A stretch of 58,701 bases of DNA from Chiloscyllium plagiosum. Its lineage: Eukaryota. The position numbers and the translations under genes were made by a program. The first letter of the stretch is position 1; each line of letters begins with the position of its first letter. Positions 37,733 through 50,770 of this stretch are shown piece after piece. The DNA lies in NCBI RefSeq assembly GCF_004010195.1, contig NC_057719.1, forward strand, positions 32,775,948 through 32,834,648. Direction: 5' to 3'. The notes below the pieces were generated by a model. It searched no databases. It was not told where the DNA came from and was given only the letters and a program-made list of their open reading frames with translations.

Positions 37733-40700
37733 TTTAGATTTTAGATTTCATTGGCACTTGCACTCAAGTACAGACGTATAGTCAAAAGTGCATAATGTTA
37801 CCAGATATGGTCCCATTTTAGGTTCCAAGGGATCTAGGTACAAAAGTAGCTTAGGTACAAAGTAATAAGAGACAGAGGATGAATAGAAAAATAAAGAACT
37901 AGGTAATAGTTTACATTAAAATCTTTCATAGTTTAAACTCGGAAAATAAAGGAATAAGTTAAAAGTTCAACAGTCTTTCATGAGTCCTCCGCTAATCTTG
38001 CTCAGCTGCCTGTTCTTGATACCACTGTCACAGATATCATCACTGCTGCTGGAACTGCTGCCTCCCGATCACCCCCGTTGCCTCAGCAACATACTCGGAC
38101 AAGGTCCACTCTCATGTTGAGCTGAGACACTGCCTTGACCACTGAGAGACCAACTGTCACACCGCCCAGAGACTGGGAGCTACCGGGATTGACCGAGAGA
38201 CTGGGCTGAGAGCCATCGTGATTCACCGAGAGACAGGGCCAAGAGCTGCCGTGATTCACTGAGAGACAGGGCTGAGAGACACCGTGATTCACCAAGAGAC
38301 TGGGCTGAGAGCCACAGTGATTCACTGAGAGACCGGGCAGAGAGCTGCCGTGATTCACCAAGAGACCGGGCCGAGAGCTGCCATGATTCACCAAGAGACT
38401 GGGCTGAGAGCCACTGTGATTCACCGAGAGGCCAGACAGAGAGCTGCCGTGATTCACTGAGAGACTGGGCTGAGAGCCACTGTGATTCACCAAGACTGGG
38501 CTGTGAGCTGCCGTGATTCACCGAGAGACCAGGCCCAGAGCCATTGTGATTCACCGAGAGACTGGGCTGAGAGCTGCCGTGATTCACCAAGAGACCGGGC
38601 TGAGAGACACCGTGATTCACCGAGACACTGGGCTGAGAGCCACTGTGAATCACCGAGAGACTGGGCTGTGAGCCACCATGATTCACTGAGAGACCGGGCT
38701 GAGAGCTGCCGTGATTCACTGAGAGACTGGGCGCTGAGCTGCCGTGATTCACCGAGAAACCGGGCTGAGAGCCACCGTGATTCACTGAGAGACCGGTCAG
38801 AGAGCTACCGTGATTCACCGAGAGACCGGGCTGTGAGCCACCAAGATTCACCGAGAGACTGGACTGAGAGCTGCCATGATTCACCGAGAGATGGGATTGT
38901 GAGCTGCCGTGATTCACCGAGAGACGGGGTTGAGAGCTGCTATGATTCACCGAGAGACTGGGCTGAGAGCAGCTGTGATTCACCGAGAGACTGGGCTGAG
39001 AGCCAACGTTATTAACCGAGAGACCGGGCTGAGAGCTGCCGTGATTCACCGAGAGACTGGGCTGTGAGCTGCCGTGATTCACTGAGACACCGGGCTGAGA
39101 GCTGCTGTGATTCACCGAGAGACTGGGCTGTGAGCTGCCGTGATTCACCAAGAGACCGGGCAGAGAGCTGTCGTGATTCACTGAGAGACCAGGCTCAGAG
39201 TGGCCATGCTTCACCGAGAGACCAGGCCGAGACCCACCGTGATTCAGCGAGAGACCAGGCCGAGATCCATCGTGATTCACCGAGAGACCGGGCTAAGAGT
39301 CACCGTGATTCAGCGAGAGACCGGGCCGAGATCCACCGTGATTCACCGAGAGACTGGGCTGAGAGCTGCCTTGATTCACTGAGAGACCGGGCAGAGAGCT
39401 GCCGTGATTCACCGAGAGACCAGGCTGTGAGCTGCCGTGATTCACTGAGAGACCGGCGTGTGAGCTGCCGTGATTCACTGAGAGACTGGGCTGTGAGCTG
39501 CCGTGATTCACCGAGAGACCGGGCAGAGAGTTGCTGTGATTCACCGAGAGACTGGGCTGAGAGCTATCGTGATTCACCGAGAGACCGGGCTGAGAGCTGT
39601 CGTGGTTCACCGAGAGACTGGGCTGTGAGCTGCCATGATTCACCGAGAGACTGGGATGAGAGCTGCCGTGATTCACCGAGAGACCTGGCTGAGAGTTGCC
39701 ATGATTCATCGAGAGACTGGGCAGAGCGCTGCCATGATTCACCAAGAGACTGGGCTGTGAGCCACTGTGATTCACCGAGAGACCGGGCTGAGAGCCACCG
39801 TGATTCACCGAGAGACCGGGCAGAGAGCTGCTGTGATTCACTGAGACACCGGGCTGAGAGCTGTCGTGATTCACTGAGAGACCAGGCTCAGAGTGGCCAT
39901 GCTTCACCGAGAGACCAGGCCGAGACCCACCGTGATTCAGCGAGAGACCAGGCCGAGATCCACCGTGATTCACCGAGAGACCGGGCTAAGAGTCACCGTG
40001 ATTCAGCGAGAGACCGGGCCGAGATCCACCGTGATTCACCGAGAGACTGGGCTGAGAGCTGCCTTGATTCACCGAGAGACCGGGCAGAGAGCTGCCGTGA
40101 TTCACCGAGAGACCGGGCTGTGAGCTGCCGTGATTCACTGAGAGACCGAGCTGTGAGCTGCCGTGATTCACTGAGAGACTGGGCTGTGAGCTGCCGTGAT
40201 TCACCGAGAGACCGGGCAGAGAGTTGCTGTGATTCACCGAGAGACTGGGCTGAGAGCTATCGTGATTCACCGAGAGACCGGGCTGAGAGCTGTCGTGGTT
40301 CACCGAGAGACTGGGCTGTGAGTTGCCATGATTCACCGAGAGACTGGGATGAGAGCTGCCGTGATTCACCGAGAGACCTGGCTGAGAGCTGCCATGATTC
40401 ATCGAGAGACTGGGCAGAGAGCTGCCATGATTCACCAAGAGACTGGGCTGTGAGCCACTGTGATTCACCGAGAGACTGGACTGAGAGCCACCCTGATTCA
40501 CCGAGAGACCAGGCTGAGAGCTGCCGTGATTCACCGAGAGACCAGGCTCAGAGTTGCCATGCTTCACCGAGACACCGAGCTGAGATCCACCGTGATTCAC
40601 TGAGAGACTGGGCTGAGAGCTGCTGTGATTCACCGAGAGACTGAGCTGTGAGCCACCGTGATTCAGCCAGCGACCAGGCCGAGATCCACCGTGATTCACC

Positions 40701-40910
40701 AAGAGACTGGGCTGAGAGCTGCCGTGTTTCATTGAGAGACCGGGCCGAGAGCCACCATGATTCACCGAGAGACTTGGCTGAGAGCTGCCATGTTTCATTG
40801 AGAGACCGGGCCGAGAGCCACCGAGAGACCAAGGGGGAACAAAAACAAGAGAAGGAAACAGAAGGATTGGAGGAGCTTCGTTTGGAGAATCCTACTCCAT
40901 TGCCATCGTG
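37733..40910 (-). mobile_element. Putative VNTR-bearing non-autonomous retroposon, copy 1
   Basis: Both flanks are homologous to those of 47941-50332, and it interrupts an L2 relic. Minus strand starts gatggcaatggagtagga and ends ...gtgccaatgaaatctaaaatctaa. Confidence 0.65.
38197..40825. repeat. 33-bp GC-rich minisatellite, ~80 units
   Basis: Unit gagagactgggctgagagctgccgtgattcacc; produces the RDWAESCRDSP and SVNHGSSQPGL repeat ORFs. Confidence 0.97.
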
Positions 40911-41399
40911 ACCACTCCTTGGCAACTATTTGAAGCAGAACCAGACTATTTGCAACTTCAGTGGCATAGGTGATCCCAAGGTGAACTCCCAATCACATAT
41001 TCACACCATCACGAGGCCTTCATAACAATTGCCCATCCCCACCCCAATCTCAGAATCTCTGCTGTAAACACATTAACGATTCATTTGTTATACACAGACT
41101 TGTCTTTTCTAATGTACTTCCAGCTGCCCTCGGACATAAATCTCTTTAAAGATGTCAGGTCGTCAAAACTCTGCTGGTCCTGTCCCAACTCAGGCTAGAT
41201 GCCATTCACCTACTATGCCTGTACTCACTGACCTACACTATTTTCACTTTTAAAGTTTTCACCCTGGTTTCAAAACCTTTGCATTTCCTCGACCCAAACT
41301 CTCCATCATCTAACTCCTGTCAGTGCTCACCTATTTCTAGATCTAGTGGGTGTGGCTTCAGTGACTGTGCCCTCAGTTCTGGAATACCCACCCTACAGT

Positions 41400-41770
41400 T
41401 CACAAGACTAATTCCTTGGATAGCCAAATGCCTCGTGAGGACGGATTGTGGAGCATGCCCTGTATTCTCTCAAGTTTTGATGACTGAGAAGTGGTTTCAT
41501 TCAGTGTTTTGATTTTTAATTGTGATGCAGAAAGGATGTTTTGCCTGGCTGGAGGGTCTAGACTCAGAAAACACAATCTCAGAATAAAAGGCAATCTGTT
41601 TGGCACCAAGGTGAGGGGTAATTTCTTCACTCAGATGCTAAGAATTGTTGGGAATTCTATGTGGAAGCTTAGCCATTGACTGTTCAGGCCTAGGATCAAT
41701 AGATTAATGGATATGAATGACACCAAATAGACATAGTGTTTCATAGGAAAATGGCATTGAACAACATCGA
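41400..41770 (+). mobile_element. CR1 3' fragment
   Basis: ERMFCLAGGSRLRKHNLRIKG..FGTKVRGNFFTQ. Confidence 0.7.
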
Positions 41771-41782
41771 GTCAGAGAGTCA

Positions 41783-44700
41783 TAGAGGAAAGCATACCAA
41801 ACGCCTTCTTCACTATCCTATCTACCTGTGACTCCACTTTCAAGGAGCTAGGAATCTGCACTCCAAGGCCTCTTTGTTCAGCAACACTCCCTAGGACCTT
41901 ACCATTAAGTGTATAAGTCCTGCTAAGATTTGCTTTCCCAAAATGCAGTACCTCGCATTTATCTGAATTAAACTCCTTCTGCCACTCCTTAGCCCAATGG
42001 CCCATCTGATCAAGATCCTGTTGTAATCTAAGGTAACCTTCTTTGTTGTCCACTACACCTCCAATTTTGGTGTCATCTGCAAACTTACTAACTGTACCTC
42101 TTAAGCTCACATCCAAATCATTTATATAAATGGCAAAAAGTAGTGGAGCCAGTATCGATCCTTGTGGCACTCCACTGGTTACAGGCCTCCAGTCTGAAAA
42201 ACAATCCTCCACCACCACCCTCTGTCTTCTGCCTTCAAGCCAGTTCTGTATCCAAATGGTTAGTTCTTCCTGTATTCTGTGAGATCTAACCTTGCTAATC
42301 CATCTCCCATGGGGAACCTTGTCGAATGCCTTACTAAAGTCCATATAGATCACATCTACCGCTCTGCCCTCATCAATCCTCTTTGTTACTTCTTCAAATA
42401 ACTCAATCAAGTTTGTGAGACATGATTTCCCATGCACAAAGCCATGTTGACTATCCCTAATCAGTCCTTGCCTTTCCAAATACATGTACATCCTGTCCCT
42501 CAGGATTCCCTCGAACAACCCACCACTGACGTCAGGCTCACCGGTCTATAGTTCCCTGGCTTGTCCTTACCGCCCTTCTTATACAGTGGCACCACGTTTG
42601 CCAACCTCCAGTCTTCTGGCACCTCACCTGTGACTATCGATGATACAAATATCTCAGCAAGAGGCCCAGCAATCACTTCTCTAGCTTCCCACAGAGTTCT
42701 AGGGTACACCTGATCAGGTCCTGGGGATTTATCCACCTTTAACCATTTCAAGGCATCTAGCACTTCCTCCTCTGTAATATGGACATTTTGCAAGATGTCA
42801 CCATCTATTTCCCTACAGTCTACATCTTCCATATCCTTTTCCACAATAATTACTGATGCAAAATCCTCATTTAGTATCTCTCCCATTTTCTGTGGCTCCA
42901 CACAAAGGCCGCAGATCTTTGAGGGGCCCTATTCTCACCCTAGTTACCCTTTTGTCCTTAATGTATTTGTAAAAACTCTTTGGATCTCCTTAATTCTATT
43001 TGCCAAAGCTATCTCATGTCCCCTCTTTGCCCTCCTGATCTCCCTCTTCAGTATACTCCTACTTCCTTTATATTCTTGTAAGGATTCACTCGATCTATCC
43101 TGTTTGTACCTGACATATGCTTCCTTCTTTTCCTTAACCAAACCCTCAATTTCTTTAGTCATCCAGCATTCCTTATACCTACCAGCCTTTCCCTTCACGC
43201 TAACAGGAATATACTTTCTCTGGATTCTCGTTATGTCATTTCTGAAGGCTTCCCATTTTCCAGCTGTCCCTTTACCTGCGAATATCTGCTCCCAATCAGC
43301 TTTCGAAAGTTCTTGCCTAACACTGTCAAAATTGGCCTTTCTCCAATTGAGAACTTCAACTTTTAGATCTGGTCTATCCTTTTCCATCACTATTTTAAAT
43401 TTATTAGAATTATGGTCACTGGCCCCAAAGTGCTCCCCCACTGACACCTGCCATGCCTTATATCTCAAAGGTAGGTCAAGTTTTGCACCTTCTCTAGTCG
43501 GTACATCCACATACTGACTCAGAAAATTGTCTTGTACACACTTAACAAATTCCACTCCATCTAAACCCTTAAGACTAAGGCAGTCCCAGTCTATGTTTGG
43601 AAAGTTAAAATCCCCTACCATAATTACCCTATTATTCTTACAGAGAGCTGAGATCTCCTTACAAGTTTATTTCTCAATTTCCCTCTGACTATTGGGGGGT
43701 CTATAATACAATCCCAATAAGGTTGTCATCCCTTTCTTATTTCTCAGTTCCACCCAAATAACTTCCCTGGATGTATTTCCTGGAATATCCTCCCTCAGCA
43801 CAGCTATAATACTATCCCTTATCAAAAATGCCACCCCCCTCCTCTCTTGCCTCCCTTTCTATCCTTCCTGTACCATTTGTATCCTGGAACATTAAGCTGC
43901 AAGTCCTGCCCATCCCTGACCCATGTTTCTGTAATTGCTATGATATCCCAATCCCATGTTCCTAACCATGCCCTGAGTTCATCTGCCTTCCCTGTTAGGC
44001 GCCTTGCATTGAAATAACTGCAGTTTGATTTATTAGTCCTATCTTGTCCCTGACTGTTTGACTCGCTTCTGTGCTAAACTGTACCAGTCTCAGATTGATC
44101 TCTTTCCTCACTATCTCCCTGGGTCCCACCCCCCCACCTTACTAGTTTAAATCCTCCTGAACAGCTCTAGCAAATTTCCCTGCCAGTATATTAGTCACCT
44201 TCCAATTTAGGTGCAATCCATCCTTCTTGTACAGGTCACTTCTACCCCAAAAGAGATTCTAATCATCTAAAAATGTGAATCCTTCTCCCACACACCAGCT
44301 CCTCAGCCATGCATTCATCTGCTCTATCCTCCTATTCCTGCCCTCACTAGCTCGTAGCACTGGGAGTAATCCAGTTATTATTACTCTCGAGGACCTCCTT
44401 TTACAATTTCTGCCTAACTCCCTGAAATCTCCCTTCAGAATCTCAAACTTTTCCCTTCCTATGTCGTTGGTTCCAATGCAGGCAATGACCTCCTGCTGGC
44501 CCCTCTCCCCCTTGAGAACATTCTGCACCCTCTCTGTGAGATCCTTGATCCTGGCACCAGGGAAGCAACACACCATTCTGCTTTTTCACTGCTGGCCACA
44601 GAAACGTCTGTCTGTACCTCGGACTAGAGAATCCCCGAACACAATTGATCTCTTGGAACTCGACGTACCCCTCATTGCATTAGGGCCAGTCTCAATACCA

Positions 44701-45655
44701 GAAATTTGGCTGTTCATGCTATATTCCCTGAGAATCCATCACCCCCTACATTTTCCAAAACATCATACCTGTTTGAAATGGGTATATCCACAAAAGACTC
44801 CTGTACTAGCTGCCTTCCTCCCCTACCTTTCCTGGAGTTAACCCATCTATGTGATTGTATCTGAAACTTTCCCCCCTTCCTGTAACTGCTATCCATCACA
44901 TACTGTTGCTGTTGCAAATTCCTCATTGCTTCTATCTGTCTCTCCAACCGATCCATTCGATCTGATAAGATTTGCAGCCAACAGCATTTATGGCAGATAT
45001 AATCCGCAGTAACCCTTAAACTCTCTTCAAACTCCCAAATCTAACAAGAAGTACATATTACTCTATTAAAGGCCATTTTTGCTGATTCACAATCTATAGA
45101 CCCAGAAAATAACACCGTCTTATTCCTCTACAAACACTGCCCCAGATTAAATTAATAGTTATGGCTTATATTTTAAATTTAATCAAGAGACTTATCTCCA
45201 AAAACATATAATCAAGAAAGAACCCACTCTTCTCACTACTGCAGATTCTCTGTAGGCCACACTTAAATATAATACAATACACTTATCTGCTTCTGTGTTG
45301 TGAACTTCGCCGAACAGTTCCTCCAAGATCAGTTGTGAATTTCACTGTTTGTTAATTTTCTCAGATGCACTCCGATGTCCAACGATACATGAATTCAAAC
45401 AGCAAAGGCAGTAACTGTGCAGGTTCTCTCTTTCTCTCTCTCCCTCCTGCAATGACCTCACCATGTGCTTCTTTTGTCTGTTCTTCTTCCTTTTAAAACT
45501 GCTGTTGTTTTGACTTTTTTTTTCCAAAGTTCCAAAACAATGCAACAGCATATAAAACTGTAATTGCTGCTCCTGGAATTCGAGGAAATCACCTCCACCT
45601 AAAGTACCTCAAAAAAGGAGCAGAAATTTTTCCTGTCCTCCATCTTGAATAACCC
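41783..45655 (-). mobile_element. CR1-type LINE retaining 5' UTR, ORF1 (esterase) and ORF2 EN-RT; 3' end missing
   Basis: ORF1: DRLERQIEAMRNL and VCCFPGARIKDL...IGTNDIG (SGNH-like esterase). EN: GDFNFPNIDW and [33 protein letters not shown]. Several frameshifts. Confidence 0.95.
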
Positions 45656-45679
45656 AAAATTCTCAGACCTCTTTCAACA

Positions 45680-46440
45680 TTTTATGATAAATGCCATTGG
45701 GTCTAGGGTAGTTGTCAGCTTTAAATCCTATTAATTTCTTCAAACCTAATTTTTTCAAATGTCACTTTCTTTCAGGTTAACATTCTCACCAAAGCCTTGG
45801 ATCTTAATTATTTCAATGAGATTTCTTTTGTCTTCCTCTGAGAAAACATTCATAAAATCTCTGTTCAGTTTTTCAGCTATTTCTCTGTTTCCTCTTATAA
45901 ATTCTTCTGTCTCTGGCTGTAAAGAACCCACATTTATCTTCATTCATCTTTACCTTTTTACACACCTACTGAATCTTGACATGTTATTTTTATGTCTCTT
46001 TCTGTTTTATATTCAGATTCTATTCTCTCTGTTAATAATTCATTGGTTCTTCCTTGCTGAATCCTGAAATTCTCCCTATCATCAGACTTACATTTATTAA
46101 CCACTTCCTTTGAACTTAGACTTTGCTCAACTTTCCTCATTAGCCATGGTTCTCTCAATTCCTCTGTTGGCTATTTTGCCTTAAAGGAATTTATACCTTT
46201 CATTTGAAAAACAACCATTAAATCTTTCAATACGATCCATTTCCTATCTAATGTCAAACCTTCTAATGTGTTTTTCTAATTGGCCACAGGCAAGTTTCTT
46301 CCCATAATTTCATAATTGCCCTTATTTAGATTTAATTCAGATTGAACTACATCATTGTTGTCTAAGATGAAATCTAAAATAAGCTATGCTCTGTTTGGTT
46401 CCTCAACATATTACTTGACCTGCTATTTCCAGGATTCTGT
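45680..46440 (-). mobile_element. Old CR1 ORF2 fragment
   Basis: NVGSLQPETEEFIRGNREIAEKLNRDFMNVFSEED. Confidence 0.7.
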
Positions 46441-46779
46441 CTTCTTATTTCATTAAGAACTTTCACCTTCTTCTCAGGACAACAATTAAAGCCATCCTTT
46501 GATCTTGAGCAATCAAACCATGTTTGCTTATTCTCAGGCAAACTTCAGAACATGTTACATGACCGCCTCCATTTACCTTAAATTACAGATGCAGTCACAA
46601 CCTATAACTTGTAATAATTACATAAACAAGCTTTTCGGAACATAATTAAGTAAATTGAAAAATATGTTTTATGCCTCATATCTATACTTACCTACAACTT
46701 AGTATCATTCTGAATAAGTCTGAAATTATGACAAAGATAGTCACACCATCTTGTTCTCCTGTAAGTGAATTAGCCACCG

Positions 46780-47345
46780 AGTCATTAGAGTCAGACAGCA
46801 CACAAATAGACCCTTCAGTCTAACCAGTCCCTGTCGACCATAATCCAAACATAAACTAGTCCCACCTCTCTGTACTTAGCCTACATCCTTCCAAATATTT
46901 CTTATTCAAGAACTTATCCAAACATCTTTAAAACATTGTCACATCCACCGCTTCCTCTAGCAGTTCATTCTACACCTGAACCACTCTCTTTGCAAAAAGG
47001 TTGCCCCTCAAGTCTTTTTAAATCTTTCTCCTCTTAGCTTAAAAATATACCCCCAGTCTTGAAATCCCTAACCCTAAGGAAAAGACACCTGCTGTTCACC
47101 TTATCTGTATCCCTCAAGATATTATATATCTCTATAAGGTTACTCCTCAACCACCTAAGCTCCAGTGAAAAAAAGTCGTAGTCTATCTAGCTTATTTTTA
47201 TACCTCAAACCCTTTATTCCTGGCAACATCCTGGTAAATCGGAACCCTCCCTGATTTAATAATATCCTTCCAATAACAGGACGACCAGAACAGCACACTG
47301 TATTTCAGAAGAGGCCTCACCAATGTCTTATACAACCTCATGACA
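46780..47345 (-). mobile_element. CR1 3' end
   Basis: Reverse tail gagtcattagagtcagacagcac followed by typical CR1 3' sequence. Confidence 0.78.
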
Positions 47346-47940
47346 TCTGGCCCTTGTTGCAGGTCGTACAGGGTCCAAGAATGAGAACACCATCAAAATA
47401 ATTGTGAATAATTTGACATTCCAACAATGAAAATCCCTCCCTCTTGAAGGTACAGAATATAGGCATATCTTTAATAATAAGAAATTTACCTTTGAATGTT
47501 TCCAAGAGATTCTTATTGTATTTTGTACACAATCATGTTGGACTCTTGAATCAGTCAAACTTTGTAATATGTTTTGGAAATAAAAACAGAAAATTCTGGA
47601 AAAACCTAACAGGTCATGCAGAAACTGTGAAGTGATGAAAAGGCATCAACTCGAAGTATTTTTCTCTCCATAGATGCTGCCAGATCTGCTGAGCAATTGC
47701 AGCAATTTCTTTTTATTTTAATTATCCAGCCTCCACAATCTTTTGTTTTCTGCATTGTTACGGCTCATTTATAAATGAATTAAAATGAATTTTAAAAAAA
47801 CACTCATTACACAACTACCTACAATTTTTCAGGGTTGTTTTATTTAAGAAAAAAATCTTAGATATACAGTAATCATCGTCTGCAACCATTTTCATGCGTA
47901 ATGAGGAATTGGCAAGTGACTCAGATGCCAGATTTTGATT

Positions 47941-50332
47941 TATTAGAATTAGAATTAGACTTAGCTTTATTGTCACATTTACTCAAATTAGAGAAAAGTT
48001 TACAACTCACCAGTTACAGTACCATCTTACGTACTTAGATACTTAGATACAGCTTCTTAAGCACAATTTTCTGGGGAAAAAATTAGAATAATAAAGAAAT
48101 AAAAGTTCAGAATAACAATCCTTCCAACCCAGCACATCCCAGCACCTAGCCTCCAGTCTGGGGTTCATCTTGAAGCTGCAAGTCCAGGCTAAGGCCACAT
48201 CACAGCTGGAGACTGCCATGCTGGGCTGAAAGACCAACATGCCAGACTGAGAGACCATCACGCTTGGCCGAGAGGCCACCACACCGGGCTGAGAGACGAC
48301 CATGCTGGGCCGATAGACCGCTACACCGGGCCAATAGACCACCTTACTGGGTCAAGACACTGCCACACTGGGCTGACAGACCACCATGCCAGGCTGGGAG
48401 ACAACCACGCTGTGCTGAGAGACCATCAGACTGAGCTGAGAGACCACCACATCGGGCTGAGAGACCACTACGCTGGATTGAAAGACCACCATGTTGGGCC
48501 AAGAGACCACCTTGCTGGGTCGATAGATCGTTACACCGGGCCGATAGACCACCACACTGGGCTGACAGACCACCTTGCCAGGCTGAGATACAACCATGCT
48601 GGGCTGAGAAACCATCATACTGAGCTGAGAGACCACCACATCTGGCTGTGAAACCACCAGCTAGGCTGAGAGACTACCATGCTGGGTCGAGAGCCCACCA
48701 TGTTGGACCGAGAGACAGCCATGCCAGGATGAAAGACCACAATGCTGTACTGAGTGATTGCCATGCCAAGAGACCACCATGCTAGGCTGGCAGACCGCCA
48801 CTCTGGGCTGATAGACCACCATGCTGGGCCAGTAGACCACCACACTAGGCTGAGAGACAACCATACCAGGCTGACAAACAACACATCAGGCTGAAAGACC
48901 ATCCCGCTGGGCTGAGAGACCACCATGCCAGGCTGAGAGGCCACCACGCCTGGCAGAGAGGCCACCACATCAGGCCAAGAGGCTGCCATGCTGTGTCGAC
49001 AGACTGCCACACGAGGCCAAGAGACCGCCATGCTGGGCCAAGAGATTGCCGTGCTGAGCCGATAGACTGCCACACTGAGCCGAGAGACCACCACACCGGG
49101 CCAAGAGACCAACGTACCTGACCGAGAGACTATCACAGCGAGCCAAGAGTCCATCAAACTGGGAGATTGCCACACCGGCCGAGGGGTCGTCATGCGAGGC
49201 CGAGAGACCACCACGCAGTCGAAGAGACTGCCACGCCAAGCTGAGGGACTGCCATGCCGGGCCGAGAGACCACCTCACCAGGCCGAGAAAATGCCATGTC
49301 AAGAGACTGCAATGATGTGTCGACAGACAGCCACACTCGGCCAAGAGACCGCCACACTGGGCTGAGAGATCACTATTCTGGGCCTATAGACTGCCATACC
49401 AAGCCGAGAGACCACCTCACCAGGCCGAGAGACCACCAGACTGAGCCAAGAGTCCTTCACACTGAGCTGAGTGACCACCATGCTGGGCCGAGGGACCATC
49501 ATGCCAAGCAGAGAGACCGCCATGTTGGGCCAAGAGACCACCATGCCAAGCTGAGAGAATGCCACACCAGGTCAACAGACCACCACGTTGGGCCAAGACA
49601 CCACCATACTGGGCCGATAGACTGTCACGATGGTCAGGTAGACTGCCACGCTTTCTGACAGACTGCCATACCGAGCCAAGAGACTGCAACACTGGGCCGA
49701 GAGACCGCCACTCTAAGACACCACCACGCTTGGCAGAGAGACCAGCAAGCAGGGGCGATAGACCGCCACGCCGAACCAAGAGACTGCCACGTTGGGCTGA
49801 GAGACCACAACGTCAGACTGAGAGACCACCACCCTGGGCAGAGAGACTCCCATGCCAAGCCAAGAAAATGCCACGCTGGGCCAATAGGCAACTGCACTGG
49901 ACCAATAGACCGCCATGCCAAGCCGAGAGACTGCTACGCTGAGAGTCTGCCATGGTGGGACGAGAGACAGTTCCGCTGGGCCAAGAGACTGCCACGCTCA
50001 GATGAGAGACTGCTACACTGTGCCAAGAGACTGCCATGCCGAGAGACCGCCATGCTGGGCCTAGAGACCGCTACACTGGACTGAGATACTGCCACGTTAG
50101 GCTGAGGGACCATCATGCCGAGAGATAGCCATGCTGCACCGGAAAACTGCAATTCCAGTCCAAGAGATTCCCATGCTGGGCCGAGAGACTGCTATACCGG
50201 GACTACTCTAAGGCCAGGAGTTCAGCACATTGTCGAGAGGAAGGAAAGGAAATAAAGTCACAAAAGAGAAGAAAGAGAGAAAGAAAGAAAAGAAATGGAC
50301 AACAGGGGTGTTCCCTGGCTGGAGATTCCTAC
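47941..50332 (-). mobile_element. Putative VNTR-bearing non-autonomous retroposon, copy 2
   Basis: Minus-strand 3' end tgtgacaataaagctaagtctaattctaattctaa (AATAAA plus simple-repeat tail); candidate 7-bp TSD tttgatt at 47934-47940 and 50333-50339. Confidence 0.65.
48205..50200. repeat. 21-bp GC-rich minisatellite, ~95 diverged units
   Basis: Unit approximately gctgagagaccaccatgctgg; produces the VVSQPSM-type repeat ORFs. Confidence 0.95.
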
Positions 50333-50439
50333 TTTGATTACAGAGTAGAATCTTTTTTGATGAAGTTATTGAGCAGTAATTATATAATTGTGATACTTGA
50401 CATGAATCCATGACTTCACCGCATTGGTCTGAAAGGAAA

Positions 50440-50770
50440 GGAGCTTGCCAGGAGATTTCAGAGGCGTGGGAATTGCGATCATCTTCAAGAAAGGAGACAG
50501 GTCTGACTGTGGAAATTACAGAGATATTTCCCAACTATTTACTCGGAAAAAAGCCAGCACGAGAATGTTCCTCAACCACCTCTACACAGTGGCTGAAGCA
50601 TCTCAATGTGGCTTTCACCCATCAAGAGGCACAATGGACATGGCTTTCAGTGCACAACGAATCCAAGGAAAGTACAGGAACAGCACAAACCTCTGTATGT
50701 GGCCTTCTTCAATCTCACAAAGACCTTTGACTCTGCCAGTTATGACACACTGTGGAATATCCTTCCTCAA
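50440..50770 (+). mobile_element. RTE-clade LINE RT fragment
   Basis: IIFKKGDRSDCGNYRDIS...SQCGFHPSRGTMDMAFSAQRIQ and QEQHKPLYVAFFNLTKTFDS are typical of RTE/BovB-like RT. Confidence 0.8.

Larger units (their letters stand above)
36780..41400 (+). mobile_element. L2-like LINE relic split by the VNTR retroposon at ~37733-40910
   Basis: LAFDTLDHTIHLQR, gctgatgacatgcagctctac (ADD.QLY) and aatattgggaagaccaaagc before the insertion; ccttggcaactatttgaagcagaaccagact resumes after it. Confidence 0.65.

Noticed and set aside
38083..40798. Long ORFs (366, 526, 270 aa) that might be a repeat protein gene
   Set aside because: They arise from a 33-bp tandem unit, are open on both strands, and have no splice or domain support.
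38197..40825. CRISPR-like periodicity
   Set aside because: Units are contiguous with no unique spacers, there are no cas genes, and the context is eukaryotic.
46691..46718. Minus-strand tttcag...ag|gtaagt micro-exon-like segment
   Set aside because: 28 nt would shift the frame, the 18-nt alternative contains a stop in phase 1, and it does not resemble MDGA2.
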